DNA from: a virus | Lineage: Duplodnaviria > Caudoviricetes | Direction: 5' to 3' (one strand) | Length of the DNA: 64,000 nt | IMG/VR virus record: IMGVR_UViG_3300021387_001585 | Location: 1 to 64,000 of that record | Part shown: in pieces, positions 19,959 to 29,559 of the stretch | Layout of the letters: every line of letters begins with the position of its first letter | How positions within the stretch are numbered: position 1 is the stretch's first letter | Program-made: the position numbers and the translations under genes | The notes under the pieces: generated by a model | Database searches by the model: none | The model's input: the letters and a program-made list of their open reading frames with translations, nothing else | Told to the model about the DNA's origin: nothing

Positions 19959-20750
19959 TTACAATTTCTTTAATTCATTACACAAATAACTTAAAACCCG
20001 AACCTCTGATGGAAAAGAGACCTCGTTGTATGCTTTAATACTCTTTTGAAGAACTTCAATCTGCTCTTTCGTAGGCTTCCACCTGCTCCGATATCTGAGG
20101 GATTTGAGCCAATCAAGAATTATGTCTTGTGTATTTCCTCCCCAAGTATTTATCACAGCCTCTTTAATATCTTCTAACATATTTTCATCCTTTTCACTCC
20201 ACTCTTGTTTTGGCTGAGATGCAAGAAAAATCTGATATAGTTTACTAAGCCAATTTATATGTTCTTCTATATTCTTTTTAACAGAATCGTTGTCAGATTC
20301 ATCCTTAAGAATACGTAGATAATGATAGATTGAATGTAAGTGATTATCGTCCTCCACACTCCACTCAGCAGGCTTCTTCTCACCTTGCTTTTGAAGCCCA
20401 TATTTTTGAGGATTTTCAACAATATCCTTTCTTTCCTTTAGCCTTCCAGTCATTTCAGCAGCAGCAAGTCTATCAGCAGTCAATAACGCTTTCACGTTGA
20501 TTTCTTCTGATTTTTGCTTTTCAAGCCAAGCATGAATATCTTCTACAGATACACCAAAAAACATCTCATAATCTTTATGTGTAGCAAAAACATTGATTAG
20601 AGCTTTCCTTATCCTCTCGTCCGTGGACTCGCGGAGTTCGGGAACTATTTTGTCAATAACGCAGCAATATCGCTCGTCATTGACACTGTTATCTTCTTTC
20701 GCTTTTTTCAGCCTTTCAATGAGGTCTTCGTATTTCGGTTCGTAGTTCAT
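19959..20750 (-). CDS. hypothetical protein with EWSxED repeats (low GC)
   Basis: DERIRKALI, PAEWSVED and QEWSEKDE modules. Confidence 0.6.
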   Translation of the reverse strand: MNYEPKYEDLIERLKKAKEDNSVNDERYCCVIDKIVPELRESTDERIRKALINVFATHKDYEMFFGVSVEDIHAWLEKQKSEEINVKALLTADRLAAAEMTGRLKERKDIVENPQKYGLQKQGEKKPAEWSVEDDNHLHSIYHYLRILKDESDNDSVKKNIEEHINWLSKLYQIFLASQPKQEWSEKDENMLEDIKEAVINTWGGNTQDIILDWLKSLRYRSRWKPTKEQIEVLQKSIKAYNEVSFPSEVRVLSYLCNELKKL

Positions 20751-22420
20751 ATAGCTTTTCTTTTGATGTTGATGGTTTTTAATTTCGTTGAGAGGGCTTC
20801 GCAGAGGACGCGACTCATGTTCACTTCCACGGCGTTGCCGATGAACTTCTTCTGCTCGGCCTGGGTGCCTACGAGGATGTAGTCCTCCGGGAAACCCATG
20901 ATGCGTTTAAGCTCCATGATCTTCAGCATGCGCATCTTGATGTCGATGATGCCGTAGGCGGCCATGAACTGCTTGATTTTGCGGCTCATGGGGGTATCCT
21001 TCTCAGTGATGGCGATGGCCAATTCACCTTGCTCCGTCGTGACCAGGTAGGGCGGCATCTTATCCATGCGGGCAATGAGCGTGAAGCAGGGTTTGTCGAT
21101 GCTGCCGCCGGGGCTTTGGTATTGAGGGTTCATCAGGAACTTGGTGGCGATAGTATCGCCACAGACGGAACAACTGACGAGCTGCTGCTTGGGTCTGGTC
21201 AGCACGGCGGGGTTAGGCTGATCAAGGCTCGACAACTGACCGCCGCCGCTATATTCATTTGCGATGAACTGGCAGTTGACGATGCTCAGACGGTCTTTCG
21301 TCGTGACGGTGGGAGCAGGGTCATTGATGCTGGAATTATAGCCGTTGCCGTAATAGGCGGTGACGAAGGCGTGATGATCGATCGTGGTGACGGTGCCTGC
21401 CGGTTGCTCGATGCTCTGGTTCTTCGACATGGGGTCGCCGCTGAACTGCTTGGAGAGAAACTGCGCCTTCACCAAGCCGAGGCGATTCTGCACGGCCACG
21501 ACAGGACATGGCTCATCAATGCCGGGTGGATTGTGATGGCCGTTATGATTGGTGGAGTTGTATTTCAGAATCCATGTGTCGGCCTTCTCTTTTCCTCCGG
21601 CCACAAACTTCACCAGGCCCGCATAGATGCGCTCCAGCGTCTTCTCGCAGAGAGGTTTCTTCTTGGTGAAAATGCTGCTGCCTTCGTCCGTCAGGTCAAG
21701 AACTTCGCGGACGGGTTTCCAGGGGCGGTACTGGGAAGGGAAGAGAGTCGGAGTTTTAGTTGCGACAGGGTCGCAACATACAGGACTCGATTTGGCGTGG
21801 GTCTGGGTGGGGAAGGCGATGGGGAGGCCCTTGCGAGCGAACTGACCGAAGAAACGCTTGCGGGAGGTGTAGGCACCAAAGTCGGCGGCGTTGAGCAGAT
21901 GCCAGTCGTAGGTGTAGCCGTAGTCACAGACGTGCTTCACCCAGCGTATGTAGGATATGCCTTTGTGGCGGGAAATGGGTTTGCCGTTTTTGTCGAGCTC
22001 GCCCCAGCACATAAATTCCTCCACGTTCTCTATCTGCAGATAGTCGGGCTGCAGGGCTTCGATGTAGCGGAAGAGATGTTCCGCCAGTGTGCGACTGTCG
22101 GCATCGCGGGGCTGTCCGCCCTTGGCCCTGCTGAAGTTGGTGCATTCGAGGGAGGCCCACAGCACGACGTAGGCATCGGGATATTCGGTCTTCATGCGGT
22201 GCAGATGTTCCACCATCGGGGAGAGTTCCAGTGTGCGGATGTCCTCGGTGAAGTGGAGCGCGTCGGGGTGGTTGGCCTGATGGGAGAGGATGGCGTTACG
22301 GTCGTGGTTGACACAGGCCACCACCTTGGCGCATTTCTCCCCGTCAACACGGGCATATTCCACACCGGAAGACGTGCCTCCGGCGCCGCAGAAAAGGTCG
22401 ATGTAAAGTAGGTTTATCAT
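20747..22420 (-). CDS. DNA (cytosine-5) methyltransferase
   Basis: Motif I DLFCGAGG, catalytic SLECTNFS, motif VI IENVEEF, motif VIII TSRKRFF, motif X IGNAV. Confidence 0.92.
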   Translation of the reverse strand: MINLLYIDLFCGAGGTSSGVEYARVDGEKCAKVVACVNHDRNAILSHQANHPDALHFTEDIRTLELSPMVEHLHRMKTEYPDAYVVLWASLECTNFSRAKGGQPRDADSRTLAEHLFRYIEALQPDYLQIENVEEFMCWGELDKNGKPISRHKGISYIRWVKHVCDYGYTYDWHLLNAADFGAYTSRKRFFGQFARKGLPIAFPTQTHAKSSPVCCDPVATKTPTLFPSQYRPWKPVREVLDLTDEGSSIFTKKKPLCEKTLERIYAGLVKFVAGGKEKADTWILKYNSTNHNGHHNPPGIDEPCPVVAVQNRLGLVKAQFLSKQFSGDPMSKNQSIEQPAGTVTTIDHHAFVTAYYGNGYNSSINDPAPTVTTKDRLSIVNCQFIANEYSGGGQLSSLDQPNPAVLTRPKQQLVSCSVCGDTIATKFLMNPQYQSPGGSIDKPCFTLIARMDKMPPYLVTTEQGELAIAITEKDTPMSRKIKQFMAAYGIIDIKMRMLKIMELKRIMGFPEDYILVGTQAEQKKFIGNAVEVNMSRVLCEALSTKLKTINIKRKAI

Positions 22421-22626
22421 TTTGATGAGTTTTGGTTTTCTTTGTTCCACTTGTCAAACAGAACCCGTCCATGTTCAGGGCCAAACAGGGCCATCATGGC
22501 TTCCTGTTTTTCTTTGTCTAAGCACTTGCGGCAGTAGGGGTGGCTCGGTATGTCCGGGTCGATGACCGGCCAGAAAGCCACCGCCTGCTTGCCACAGACA
22601 ATGCACTTACAGTCACTTGCTTTCAT
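22417..22626 (-). CDS. small zinc-finger protein
   Basis: CIVC...CRKC. Confidence 0.55.
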   Translation of the reverse strand: MKASDCKCIVCGKQAVAFWPVIDPDIPSHPYCRKCLDKEKQEAMMALFGPEHGRVLFDKWNKENQNSSK

Positions 22627-23083
22627 TCTTATGCTCTTTTGGCTTGTGCTCAAACACATCAAGAATCTTCGTCTCGTCGATGGCGCATGCTTCGTAGTCG
22701 ATCATCGTGCCTCCCATCACTTCGTCCACGTTCTTCATGGCCCCGTGGAGATTGCTGGCCTGAACGAGGTAGGTCACGCGGCTGCGCTTCTCCTTCTCCG
22801 TCTTCTCGTCGATGGTAAGGAAGTCGAGTTTTGCCTTGTAGTAGCGGTCGTCGTTCTCCATGTCAGAGAAGAAGATTTCTTTGTAGGGGGCCTTCTTCAG
22901 GTCTTTCACCTCGAACTCGCCTTTGATGTAAGCAGACATTTCCTCCGTGATGCGCTGCTCTGCCTCGGTATAGCTGAGGGCATCGACTACATACTGCTCG
23001 GTCACTTTCTTCTGCAGGCCATCTTCCTGCGTTTTTTCATACTGGATCTTGGCTTCAAACCAAGTGGCTGTAATACTTCTCAT
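22613..23083 (-). CDS. DUF4494-family protein
   Basis: WFEAKIQYEK...YVVDALSYTEAE...ETKILDVF signature. Confidence 0.8.
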   Translation of the reverse strand: MRSITATWFEAKIQYEKTQEDGLQKKVTEQYVVDALSYTEAEQRITEEMSAYIKGEFEVKDLKKAPYKEIFFSDMENDDRYYKAKLDFLTIDEKTEKEKRSRVTYLVQASNLHGAMKNVDEVMGGTMIDYEACAIDETKILDVFEHKPKEHKNESK

Positions 23084-23112
23084 AGTTGTTAATGTTTTAT
23101 TGGGTTAAACAT

Positions 23113-23265
23113 TTAAAAATTGTCTTCGATGTACTTCTTCAGTCCGAAAAACACGCGGCGTTCTTCCAGGCAGGCAGAAAGGATGGTCTGTCGCAGCGCC
23201 TCGATGTCATCGTCGCTGATGATGATCTGCAGTTCATCGCTCTGTGTTTTGCCGTAATGTACCAT
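23113..23265 (-). CDS. 50-aa hypothetical protein
   Basis: Translated by hand (MVHYGKTQ...); fills the operon gap. Confidence 0.45.
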   Translation of the reverse strand: MVHYGKTQSDELQIIISDDDIEALRQTILSACLEERRVFFGLKKYIEDNF

Positions 23266-23267
23266 AG

Positions 23268-24077
23268 CTATTTCGGTTTTTTATTGCTTAACATCAACGT
23301 GATAGGATTTTCGAGCACCTTCATCTCTTCACGGTGCAACCGCTCAAAGTTCTTATACAGGCGGCAACCCTTGCATGGACGCGAAGCCTGCATCTTGCGG
23401 AAGGCTTCACTTACGCCGTCGCTGACGTGGGCCACGGCAGGGCACAGCCACGACTCCGACATGTGGATATTTCCGTTGGGGTCGATGAGCGGCCGGCAGA
23501 ACTTGGCGGCCATCGCAGCCATAGTGAGGAAGTGGTTGAACGAATGCGCCTGTACGGCTATGAGATGGCTGTTGATGCAGGAGGGAACATGGTCGCTCTC
23601 CCGCACTTCATCCTGGCAGTTCACTCGGGCGCGGCCCAGATCCTGCATGAAGATGGGGTCTGTGAAATTAGGCAGGCAGCCGATGGCCTTGAACAGTTTC
23701 TCGTGTTCTACAGTCCAGTCGTGGTCCTGGTAATACTTAGGGTGGCTATACACCTGTACTTTCACCCGAGGTTTATTGTCTCGGATGAGCCGGGCCATCT
23801 TGATTCGTTCCTTTGAGTCCTCAATCCATGCGCCGTTGGTAAGGATGCAAAGCATTTTTACGCTTGGCAGAGCGAGCAGAGCGCGTGTCATTGTGTACCA
23901 CTGAGGGTGCTCGGTGAGTTCGCCCCCCGTCACGCTGACAAGCAACGGCTTTGCCTCTCGACAAAAGTCTAACACCTGCTCAAATGTTTCGTCGGTCATG
24001 TGCGGACCATTAGGATTGCTGTCCTGCATGCAGTGTGGGCATTGCATGTGGCAGCGGTTTGTAATTTGTATCAGCAT
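23268..24077 (-). CDS. radical SAM protein with C-terminal Cys cluster (SPASM/twitch-like)
   Basis: ITNRCHMQCPHC, TGGE, TNG; C-terminal CxxC. Confidence 0.88.
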   Translation of the reverse strand: MLIQITNRCHMQCPHCMQDSNPNGPHMTDETFEQVLDFCREAKPLLVSVTGGELTEHPQWYTMTRALLALPSVKMLCILTNGAWIEDSKERIKMARLIRDNKPRVKVQVYSHPKYYQDHDWTVEHEKLFKAIGCLPNFTDPIFMQDLGRARVNCQDEVRESDHVPSCINSHLIAVQAHSFNHFLTMAAMAAKFCRPLIDPNGNIHMSESWLCPAVAHVSDGVSEAFRKMQASRPCKGCRLYKNFERLHREEMKVLENPITLMLSNKKPK

Positions 24078-24097
24078 CGTTTTTGTTTTGTTTAGGT

Positions 24098-24391
24098 TTA
24101 ATCAAAAACTTGGTAAAGTGCAGTGTCGAGCTGTTCCTTCATCATCTTTCGGTTGCGCTCGGCGCAGTAGCGGCAGTTGCCTTTGTGGGCGAAACCATAC
24201 GAGTACTGAATGTACTCACATGAGTCAATACGGATAACATGAAGACCAAGACTTCTTTCCGGATCATAAGAACCGTCTGGATTCTTTCTATCACAGCTCA
24301 TCAACAGGAGTACTGCGAGGATGATTGATCCGAACCACCAGCCATAATGGATGGAGAAAATCCTAATTGGGAAATACTTTTTAACTTTCAT
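24098..24391 (-). CDS. lipoprotein-like hypothetical protein
   Basis: Hydrophobic stretch followed by SC; IDSCEY..HKGNCRYC. Confidence 0.55.
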   Translation of the reverse strand: MKVKKYFPIRIFSIHYGWWFGSIILAVLLLMSCDRKNPDGSYDPERSLGLHVIRIDSCEYIQYSYGFAHKGNCRYCAERNRKMMKEQLDTALYQVFD

Positions 24392-25271
24392 TGTCATTGT
24401 CGTTATTGTTTTGATTCTTGATTGGTTGACCGTCCATGTCGACGGTGTGGGAAAGGAGTGCTTCATAATCGCCAGGCTGCAGGAATTGACGGAGCAACAG
24501 ACGGGTGCTTTCTTTGAGGTAGATAGTCATACCGTAAAGCTCCACAGTTTTCACGATGCGCATGATGGCTTCGCCGCTCTCGCTAATATCGTAGTAGTCT
24601 TTCTTCACGCCACTACGAAGCCCGAGCTTGAAGTGGTCGCACCATGCCATTGCCGCTGCCTCGCGCACCATACGTTCAGCCGAAGGCCAGTCAATGACCG
24701 GCTCGATGCTGGCAAAGGTGGGGAATCCTTTTAAGCTCATCCATTTCATTGCATTGATGCGTTCATGGTTAGAGCAGGCATGCGGTTCCATATCGTCGCG
24801 GCCCGTGAGTGTAAAGCCGAAATGGATCTGGTTCCTGCACTTTGGGCTTATGCGGTCTATATCCTCCATGAAATCTTCATCATAAATAAAGGTCGAGTTC
24901 TTTGTCAGCACCCATACAGGGATGCCTCGCATGGTCGCCTCGGTAATAGCGACTCCTGTCAACTCTCGCGTCCTGAGAATCATCGGGTCGGTGGTGAACG
25001 ACAGGAAGATGCCATAGCGCTGGCACTGCTCCAGATGCTTGTCAAGTTCCCGTCGCAGCACGTCGGCTGCATGTTGCTCATCCCGAAAGCACTTCTTCAG
25101 CCGCACCTCCGTGCCTCCGAGTTGCTTGCTGGGTGCGCCGCGCTTCAAGTAACAGTAGGTGCAGCCATGCGGACAGCCTGTATAGAAGTTGCAACCGATG
25201 CGCCCATATTCCCGTGCTGCACCTTTGGTGGTGTAGATGGCTCGGCCGCTGAATGGTTTCAGTTCTTTCAT
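24381..25271 (-). CDS. radical SAM protein (spore photoproduct lyase/Rv2578c-like)
   Basis: NFYTGCPHGCTYCY, FTTDP, LTK, ASIEP. Confidence 0.82.
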   Translation of the reverse strand: MKELKPFSGRAIYTTKGAAREYGRIGCNFYTGCPHGCTYCYLKRGAPSKQLGGTEVRLKKCFRDEQHAADVLRRELDKHLEQCQRYGIFLSFTTDPMILRTRELTGVAITEATMRGIPVWVLTKNSTFIYDEDFMEDIDRISPKCRNQIHFGFTLTGRDDMEPHACSNHERINAMKWMSLKGFPTFASIEPVIDWPSAERMVREAAAMAWCDHFKLGLRSGVKKDYYDISESGEAIMRIVKTVELYGMTIYLKESTRLLLRQFLQPGDYEALLSHTVDMDGQPIKNQNNNDNDNES

Positions 25272-25495
25272 GAGTTATTGTCTTTCAGTTGTTTTGTTTT
25301 TGCTTTTACCCAGTTTTTCTGTACGATTGCTTCGTCTATCATGTCTTTAATCAACTTCAAGGTGGTGATGCCGCCAGGATGAATGTATTCCGTAGGACTC
25401 ATATAGACGCTATCGTAGGTGTCGCTAAGTAAAGCCAGTATTTTTTCGTAGTGTTCAGCGACCTTCTCCAGGCGCTTAATGTCTCTTGCTTTCAT
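25268..25495 (-). CDS. hypothetical protein
   Basis: Operon ORF. Confidence 0.5.
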   Translation of the reverse strand: MKARDIKRLEKVAEHYEKILALLSDTYDSVYMSPTEYIHPGGITTLKLIKDMIDEAIVQKNWVKAKTKQLKDNNS

Positions 25496-25516
25496 TGGTT
25501 TGCAAAGTTACTGATT

Positions 25517-25957
25517 TCAGAATGGGAGTCGTTCTTGAGGGTAGCGCAGTCGGTTCCAGAGACGTCTCCACCAGACAGGCGGAAGTGGTTCGTCTATGAC
25601 GTGTGTCCCGTAACAGTCACTGCATACGCCGAGGACTCTCACTCGCGACCATCCGTCTTTCCATGTGCGGCTCTCAAACTCCTCGGGACAGTACTTCCTA
25701 TAGAGAGCCACTTCATCTTCGGTAGCAGGGCGAAGGTCGCGGTCGCCGAAGCACGAACAGGCTTCGTCACTCCACCACTTGCGGTCATAAACGCCGTTGC
25801 TGTCAGGTTCTCCCATAGAGCCGTCGCGCATACAGTTGATAGCCACGTCGAACCAGCCGGACGAGTGGCACAGGGCGATGGCGCGAAGGTGCTTACCCTT
25901 GTACTCGTTTTCCCAAGACATAACAGTCTTGATTCGGAGATTTCTTTTCTTTTTCAT
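25517..25957 (-). CDS. hypothetical protein
   Basis: LRPATEDE motif. Confidence 0.55.
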   Translation of the reverse strand: MKKKRNLRIKTVMSWENEYKGKHLRAIALCHSSGWFDVAINCMRDGSMGEPDSNGVYDRKWWSDEACSCFGDRDLRPATEDEVALYRKYCPEEFESRTWKDGWSRVRVLGVCSDCYGTHVIDEPLPPVWWRRLWNRLRYPQERLPF

Positions 25958-26979
25958 TTTTTCTTGATTTTAGCATTCATTTTTTCAATTTCCTTGGCCT
26001 CCTTGGTCATCGTGTTCAGGATATCGAGCACGAAGGGGAGGTTGCTGTCATAGACCTGTTGTTGTTCGGCGTAGCCCGCATACTTCATGATGGTGTTAAT
26101 GGTTCCCACCTCACCTGTCAGCGCGTCACGCATGGGATCGTTCTTGCCACTGTCGCCGAACAGCAGGGGATAAACCTTCTCGTAGTAGAGGATGGCCGTC
26201 TGATAGACTTGAAAGCAGATATGAAATAGGGGCCCCACCCCCCGCCCCTCCCCCGTAGGGAGGGGAGTAAGTACATCTTTTGCTAACTGTTCTTTCCAGA
26301 AATCAACGGTCTGCTCGGCACGCTCGGCGTCGTAGCGGAAGATTGTCTTCGGCCGGAACTTGTCAGTTGTCGACTCCGGCGATTTGGCGGGCACGAGGCA
26401 CTGGGCAAGGAACTGCGCCTGCAGGTCAAGCGTCTGCTCGTCGGTGATATCTTCAGAGAAGAGCTGCGGAGCGATGGCCTGCATCGAGCGGTATTGCTGC
26501 CACGTAAGGTTATTACAAGCCACCTGCGGCAAGGAGAAGACAATGCCGCCGACAGTCATTTCCGTCTCAGGCAGCACCATCGCATCACGCATCGCACTGA
26601 CGTACCCGGCGACGGGTTCCCGACGCTCCTTCACGACCTTCCCTTTCTCGTCCCTCTCTTCCTTCTCGCCTGGATCACCGTAGGGCCAATCAAACCACGG
26701 AAGGGCCCGACGGGCCATCTGAGAGAGCTCGCGTGGAGTAACCGACCACAGACTGTTATTCTCTCCCTTCAGGCGGTAGATGGGTTCGCCGGTTGTCTCG
26801 TCATAACGCAATGACGTAATGGCGTTATGGCGACACGGTTTCAGCCCACAGAGTTCCAGCAATGCCGCGGCCCGAGCCACGTCGGCATTACCGCCATAGC
26901 GCATCTTGACGCTCCAGCACAGGCACAGCTGCTGCCACGAGAGTTCGCTCCAGGAGTGGGGTAGGGAAATGGTCATCAC
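25954..26979 (-). CDS. hypothetical protein (possible tail-assembly chaperone-like)
   Basis: LPHSWSELSWQQ motif; carries an in-frame palindromic repeat. Confidence 0.6.
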   Translation of the reverse strand: MMTISLPHSWSELSWQQLCLCWSVKMRYGGNADVARAAALLELCGLKPCRHNAITSLRYDETTGEPIYRLKGENNSLWSVTPRELSQMARRALPWFDWPYGDPGEKEERDEKGKVVKERREPVAGYVSAMRDAMVLPETEMTVGGIVFSLPQVACNNLTWQQYRSMQAIAPQLFSEDITDEQTLDLQAQFLAQCLVPAKSPESTTDKFRPKTIFRYDAERAEQTVDFWKEQLAKDVLTPLPTGEGRGVGPLFHICFQVYQTAILYYEKVYPLLFGDSGKNDPMRDALTGEVGTINTIMKYAGYAEQQQVYDSNLPFVLDILNTMTKEAKEIEKMNAKIKKK

Positions 26980-26985
26980 TGAGAA

Positions 26986-27306
26986 TTAAGCCTTTGTTTC
27001 TACGTTTTCTGATTGCTTGTTTTTCGTTTCAGCAGAATCTGATAGCTTCAGCACAGCAAAGCAACGTAGAGCATTCTTGAATAATGATTGACTTTTTTCA
27101 TCATCTGCCACTTTGTCTTCCGATAAAACAAACTCAGAGACACCTTCGTCAAGAGCTCTTTTGAGATTACTAAATGTCAAGATATCGGCAAATGCCGCAA
27201 GAACATCACATTTCTCGACTGACTCGACGATTCTTGCATGAATTTTATCAGGATCCGCACAGTCACGGATATACTCGTCGCTTACTTCAATAATAAATTT
27301 TGCCAT
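26986..27306 (-). CDS. hypothetical protein
   Basis: Operon ORF. Confidence 0.55.
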   Translation of the reverse strand: MAKFIIEVSDEYIRDCADPDKIHARIVESVEKCDVLAAFADILTFSNLKRALDEGVSEFVLSEDKVADDEKSQSLFKNALRCFAVLKLSDSAETKNKQSENVETKA

Positions 27307-27344
27307 AGTTGTTTTTTTGTTTTTAAGCCATCTTCTGATGGCGG

Positions 27345-27578
27345 TTAATCAATTTTTTCATCGGGATACAACCGGTAGAGTTCTTCATCAGGCGTTGCGG
27401 AAAGGACTTCCTCCGCGATGGCGCGAACGTAGCTCATGGCAACCGCCTCAGTCTCCTCCTCGCTCTTACCACGAGTTGCTTTCAATCGCGGAAGCCACGT
27501 CTCGCGCAAAGCATCCTCTGCTCGGAACACAGTGAGCACAACGCTGGCTACATGATTGATGATTTCTTCTTTTGTCAT
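27345..27578 (-). CDS. hypothetical protein
   Basis: Operon ORF. Confidence 0.55.
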   Translation of the reverse strand: MTKEEIINHVASVVLTVFRAEDALRETWLPRLKATRGKSEEETEAVAMSYVRAIAEEVLSATPDEELYRLYPDEKID

Positions 27579-27601
27579 AACAAGTCCTATTTACTTGTTC
27601 A

Positions 27602-27952
27602 TCACTTATCTGCATTTACTTTTTTTATCGTTACTGTACAGGCATCGTTGCCGAACATATCTTGAAAACGACGGAGGGCATTCATGGCCGACTCCTCGAA
27701 GTGCTCGATGACCGTTTTCAGTTTCTTCGCCTCCTCGAAGTTCTCGTTCTCAACAAGTTCGTTGAAAGTGGATTTCATGTCATTCAAATCATTGAACGTA
27801 TTCCGAAGATGATCGCTCATGACAAGCATCAAAATTTTCACTTGCATGCGGCGAAGTTCCCTAAGTTTGTTGAAAGAATAACACACGAAGAATGTCATAG
27901 CCAGATAGGAAATCATTGCCACGATATAAAACGCTACTTTTAATATTGCCAT
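27602..27952 (-). CDS. membrane-anchored protein with UVR-like motif
   Basis: N-terminal TM; ENENFEEAKKLK. Confidence 0.55.
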   Translation of the reverse strand: MAILKVAFYIVAMISYLAMTFFVCYSFNKLRELRRMQVKILMLVMSDHLRNTFNDLNDMKSTFNELVENENFEEAKKLKTVIEHFEESAMNALRRFQDMFGNDACTVTIKKVNADK

Positions 27953-27965
27953 ATCCGTTGTTGCC

Positions 27966-28652
27966 TTAATGTTGTTGTGAATTATTTCTCAGCCAGCGCA
28001 ATGCCTGCCAGGTGTTCCACGTGGAGCGCAAGGCGTCGTAGAGTGCATCGTGGGCCTCCCGTCCGGCAGCATACTCCTCGGGCAGCGGGTCGTAGAGCGT
28101 ATAGGCTTTGGAGGGTTCTGCGAGGATTTCCTGCTGCGTAGTGGCGATGGTATCGCCACATACAGAACAGCGTATCAACGCTGCTTCCAGAATCACGGTG
28201 CGGCAGTCGCGGAAGGAGGTATGGGGAATGTCCTCTTCCAGGGTTACGTCGTATTTCCGGCACAGGTTGCGGAGGATGGCGATATCAAAATCCGACCCCT
28301 GGCTCCAAAGGCAGATGCTGTTGATGTGATACTTTCTAACAGCTTCGCGTATATAGTCGAGTATGCACAACAGAACTTCGTCAATGGGCTCCGGACAGCC
28401 TTCCAACACAGCTTCCCGCGCCTTCACGCTACGTCCTGCCCACCACTTGATCGTGTCAGGGTCGAAGTCAAAGCCGTCAACGACGCACGTCCGCAGGTCG
28501 ACATAGCCCACATAGGGTTCGAGTTCATTATCGTTCACAAAAGGGAGCTCAACGTTGTCTCGCATCCACGGAACGACAGCCACCTGCATGACGGCCGCAT
28601 TGGCTGACGTGCTGCAGGTTTCAAAGTCAATGGTAAAATCTAAGTGTCTCAT
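27966..28652 (-). CDS. DEDDh 3'-5' exonuclease (exonuclease VIII/DUF5051-like)
   Basis: IDFET, WSQGSDFDIAIL, RDCRT, HDALYDA. Confidence 0.88.
   Translation of the reverse strand: MRHLDFTIDFETCSTSANAAVMQVAVVPWMRDNVELPFVNDNELEPYVGYVDLRTCVVDGFDFDPDTIKWWAGRSVKAREAVLEGCPEPIDEVLLCILDYIREAVRKYHINSICLWSQGSDFDIAILRNLCRKYDVTLEEDIPHTSFRDCRTVILEAALIRCSVCGDTIATTQQEILAEPSKAYTLYDPLPEEYAAGREAHDALYDALRSTWNTWQALRWLRNNSQQH
28141..28168. repeat. short palindrome family GTKGCGAY-N-RTCGCMAC with an ATACAGAA-like tail (also 21144-21171, 21759-21785, 52642-52665)
   Basis: Four intragenic in-frame copies. Confidence 0.65.
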
Positions 28653-28659
28653 GTTAATT

Positions 28660-28887
28660 TCATTTTTGTTTGTTGAAACGGTAGGATATGCGGCCTCTGG
28701 TCAGGTCGTAGGGCGACAGTTCTACTTCCACCCGGTCGCCCGGCATCACTCGAATGTGCTTCTGGCGCATGCGCCCGGAGAGCGTGCCGAGGATAACGAT
28801 GCCGTTGTCGAGTGCCACTCTGAAACGGTCGCCGCCGAGGGCTTCCGTCACCTGGCCTGCGGCCTTGATAAAGTCTTGCTTGCTCAT
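28660..28887 (-). CDS. infA: translation initiation factor IF-1
   Basis: MSKQDFI..GQVTEAL...FRVALDNG...SGRMRQKHIRVMPGDRVEVELSPYDLTRGRISYR. Confidence 0.95.
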   Translation of the reverse strand: MSKQDFIKAAGQVTEALGGDRFRVALDNGIVILGTLSGRMRQKHIRVMPGDRVEVELSPYDLTRGRISYRFNKQK

Positions 28888-28894
28888 TTCGTCT

Positions 28895-29086
28895 TTACTT
28901 TAAGCGTTGCATCATTTCCATGCGTTCGTGCGCACGTCGTTCCATCTCGCCAACCTGGCGCAACAGGTGTTCACGTTCCGGCGAACCGTATGGAGCGAAG
29001 TCCAGTTCAATGTGTAACGACCGCAGTCGGTCGTAGTAGGGTGAAGCGGCAGGAATGCTGCGCGTTGTGGTCTGTAATGTTTCCAT
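28895..29086 (-). CDS. hypothetical protein
   Basis: Operon ORF. Confidence 0.5.
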   Translation of the reverse strand: METLQTTTRSIPAASPYYDRLRSLHIELDFAPYGSPEREHLLRQVGEMERRAHERMEMMQRLK

Positions 29087-29126
29087 ATTCTATCAAGTTT
29101 TTAGCTGTTTATCATAATAATGCTTA

Positions 29127-29522
29127 TCATATCTTTCTTCTTTCACGCATTTTGATGCGCAGTTCCTTGTTTTGCTTTCGTCGGTGCCGTTCTTCCAGAA
29201 TATGCTCATAGAAATCCCGGTTACAAGCGAAGTTTTTTCGTTCGATGGCCTGCAACCGTCGCACGGCATCTTGTTGTCGCTGTGTGAGTTCTGCATTGAT
29301 TGGTATCTCTGCCAGGCAGTCGTTCAGTAGCCGTTCGATATTTGCCATGCGGCGTGCCGCTGTACTTGCCCAGTTGCGCACGCGCTCAATTTCAGCGCGG
29401 CACGCCTTCCAGTAAGCTGTCTGGGCACTGCTCTTCGATGAGCCCTGATAAATCCATACTGCATTACCCGTGATACACGAGCGCCGTATGTCGGTAAAGG
29501 AATGTTGCTGTGTTCTGTTCAT
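29127..29522 (-). CDS. hypothetical protein
   Basis: Likely start MNRTQQ. Confidence 0.55.
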   Translation of the reverse strand: MNRTQQHSFTDIRRSCITGNAVWIYQGSSKSSAQTAYWKACRAEIERVRNWASTAARRMANIERLLNDCLAEIPINAELTQRQQDAVRRLQAIERKNFACNRDFYEHILEERHRRKQNKELRIKMRERRKI

Positions 29523-29559
29523 CACAATGGGGTGTTTAGGATAGTTGTATTCTTTTTTT

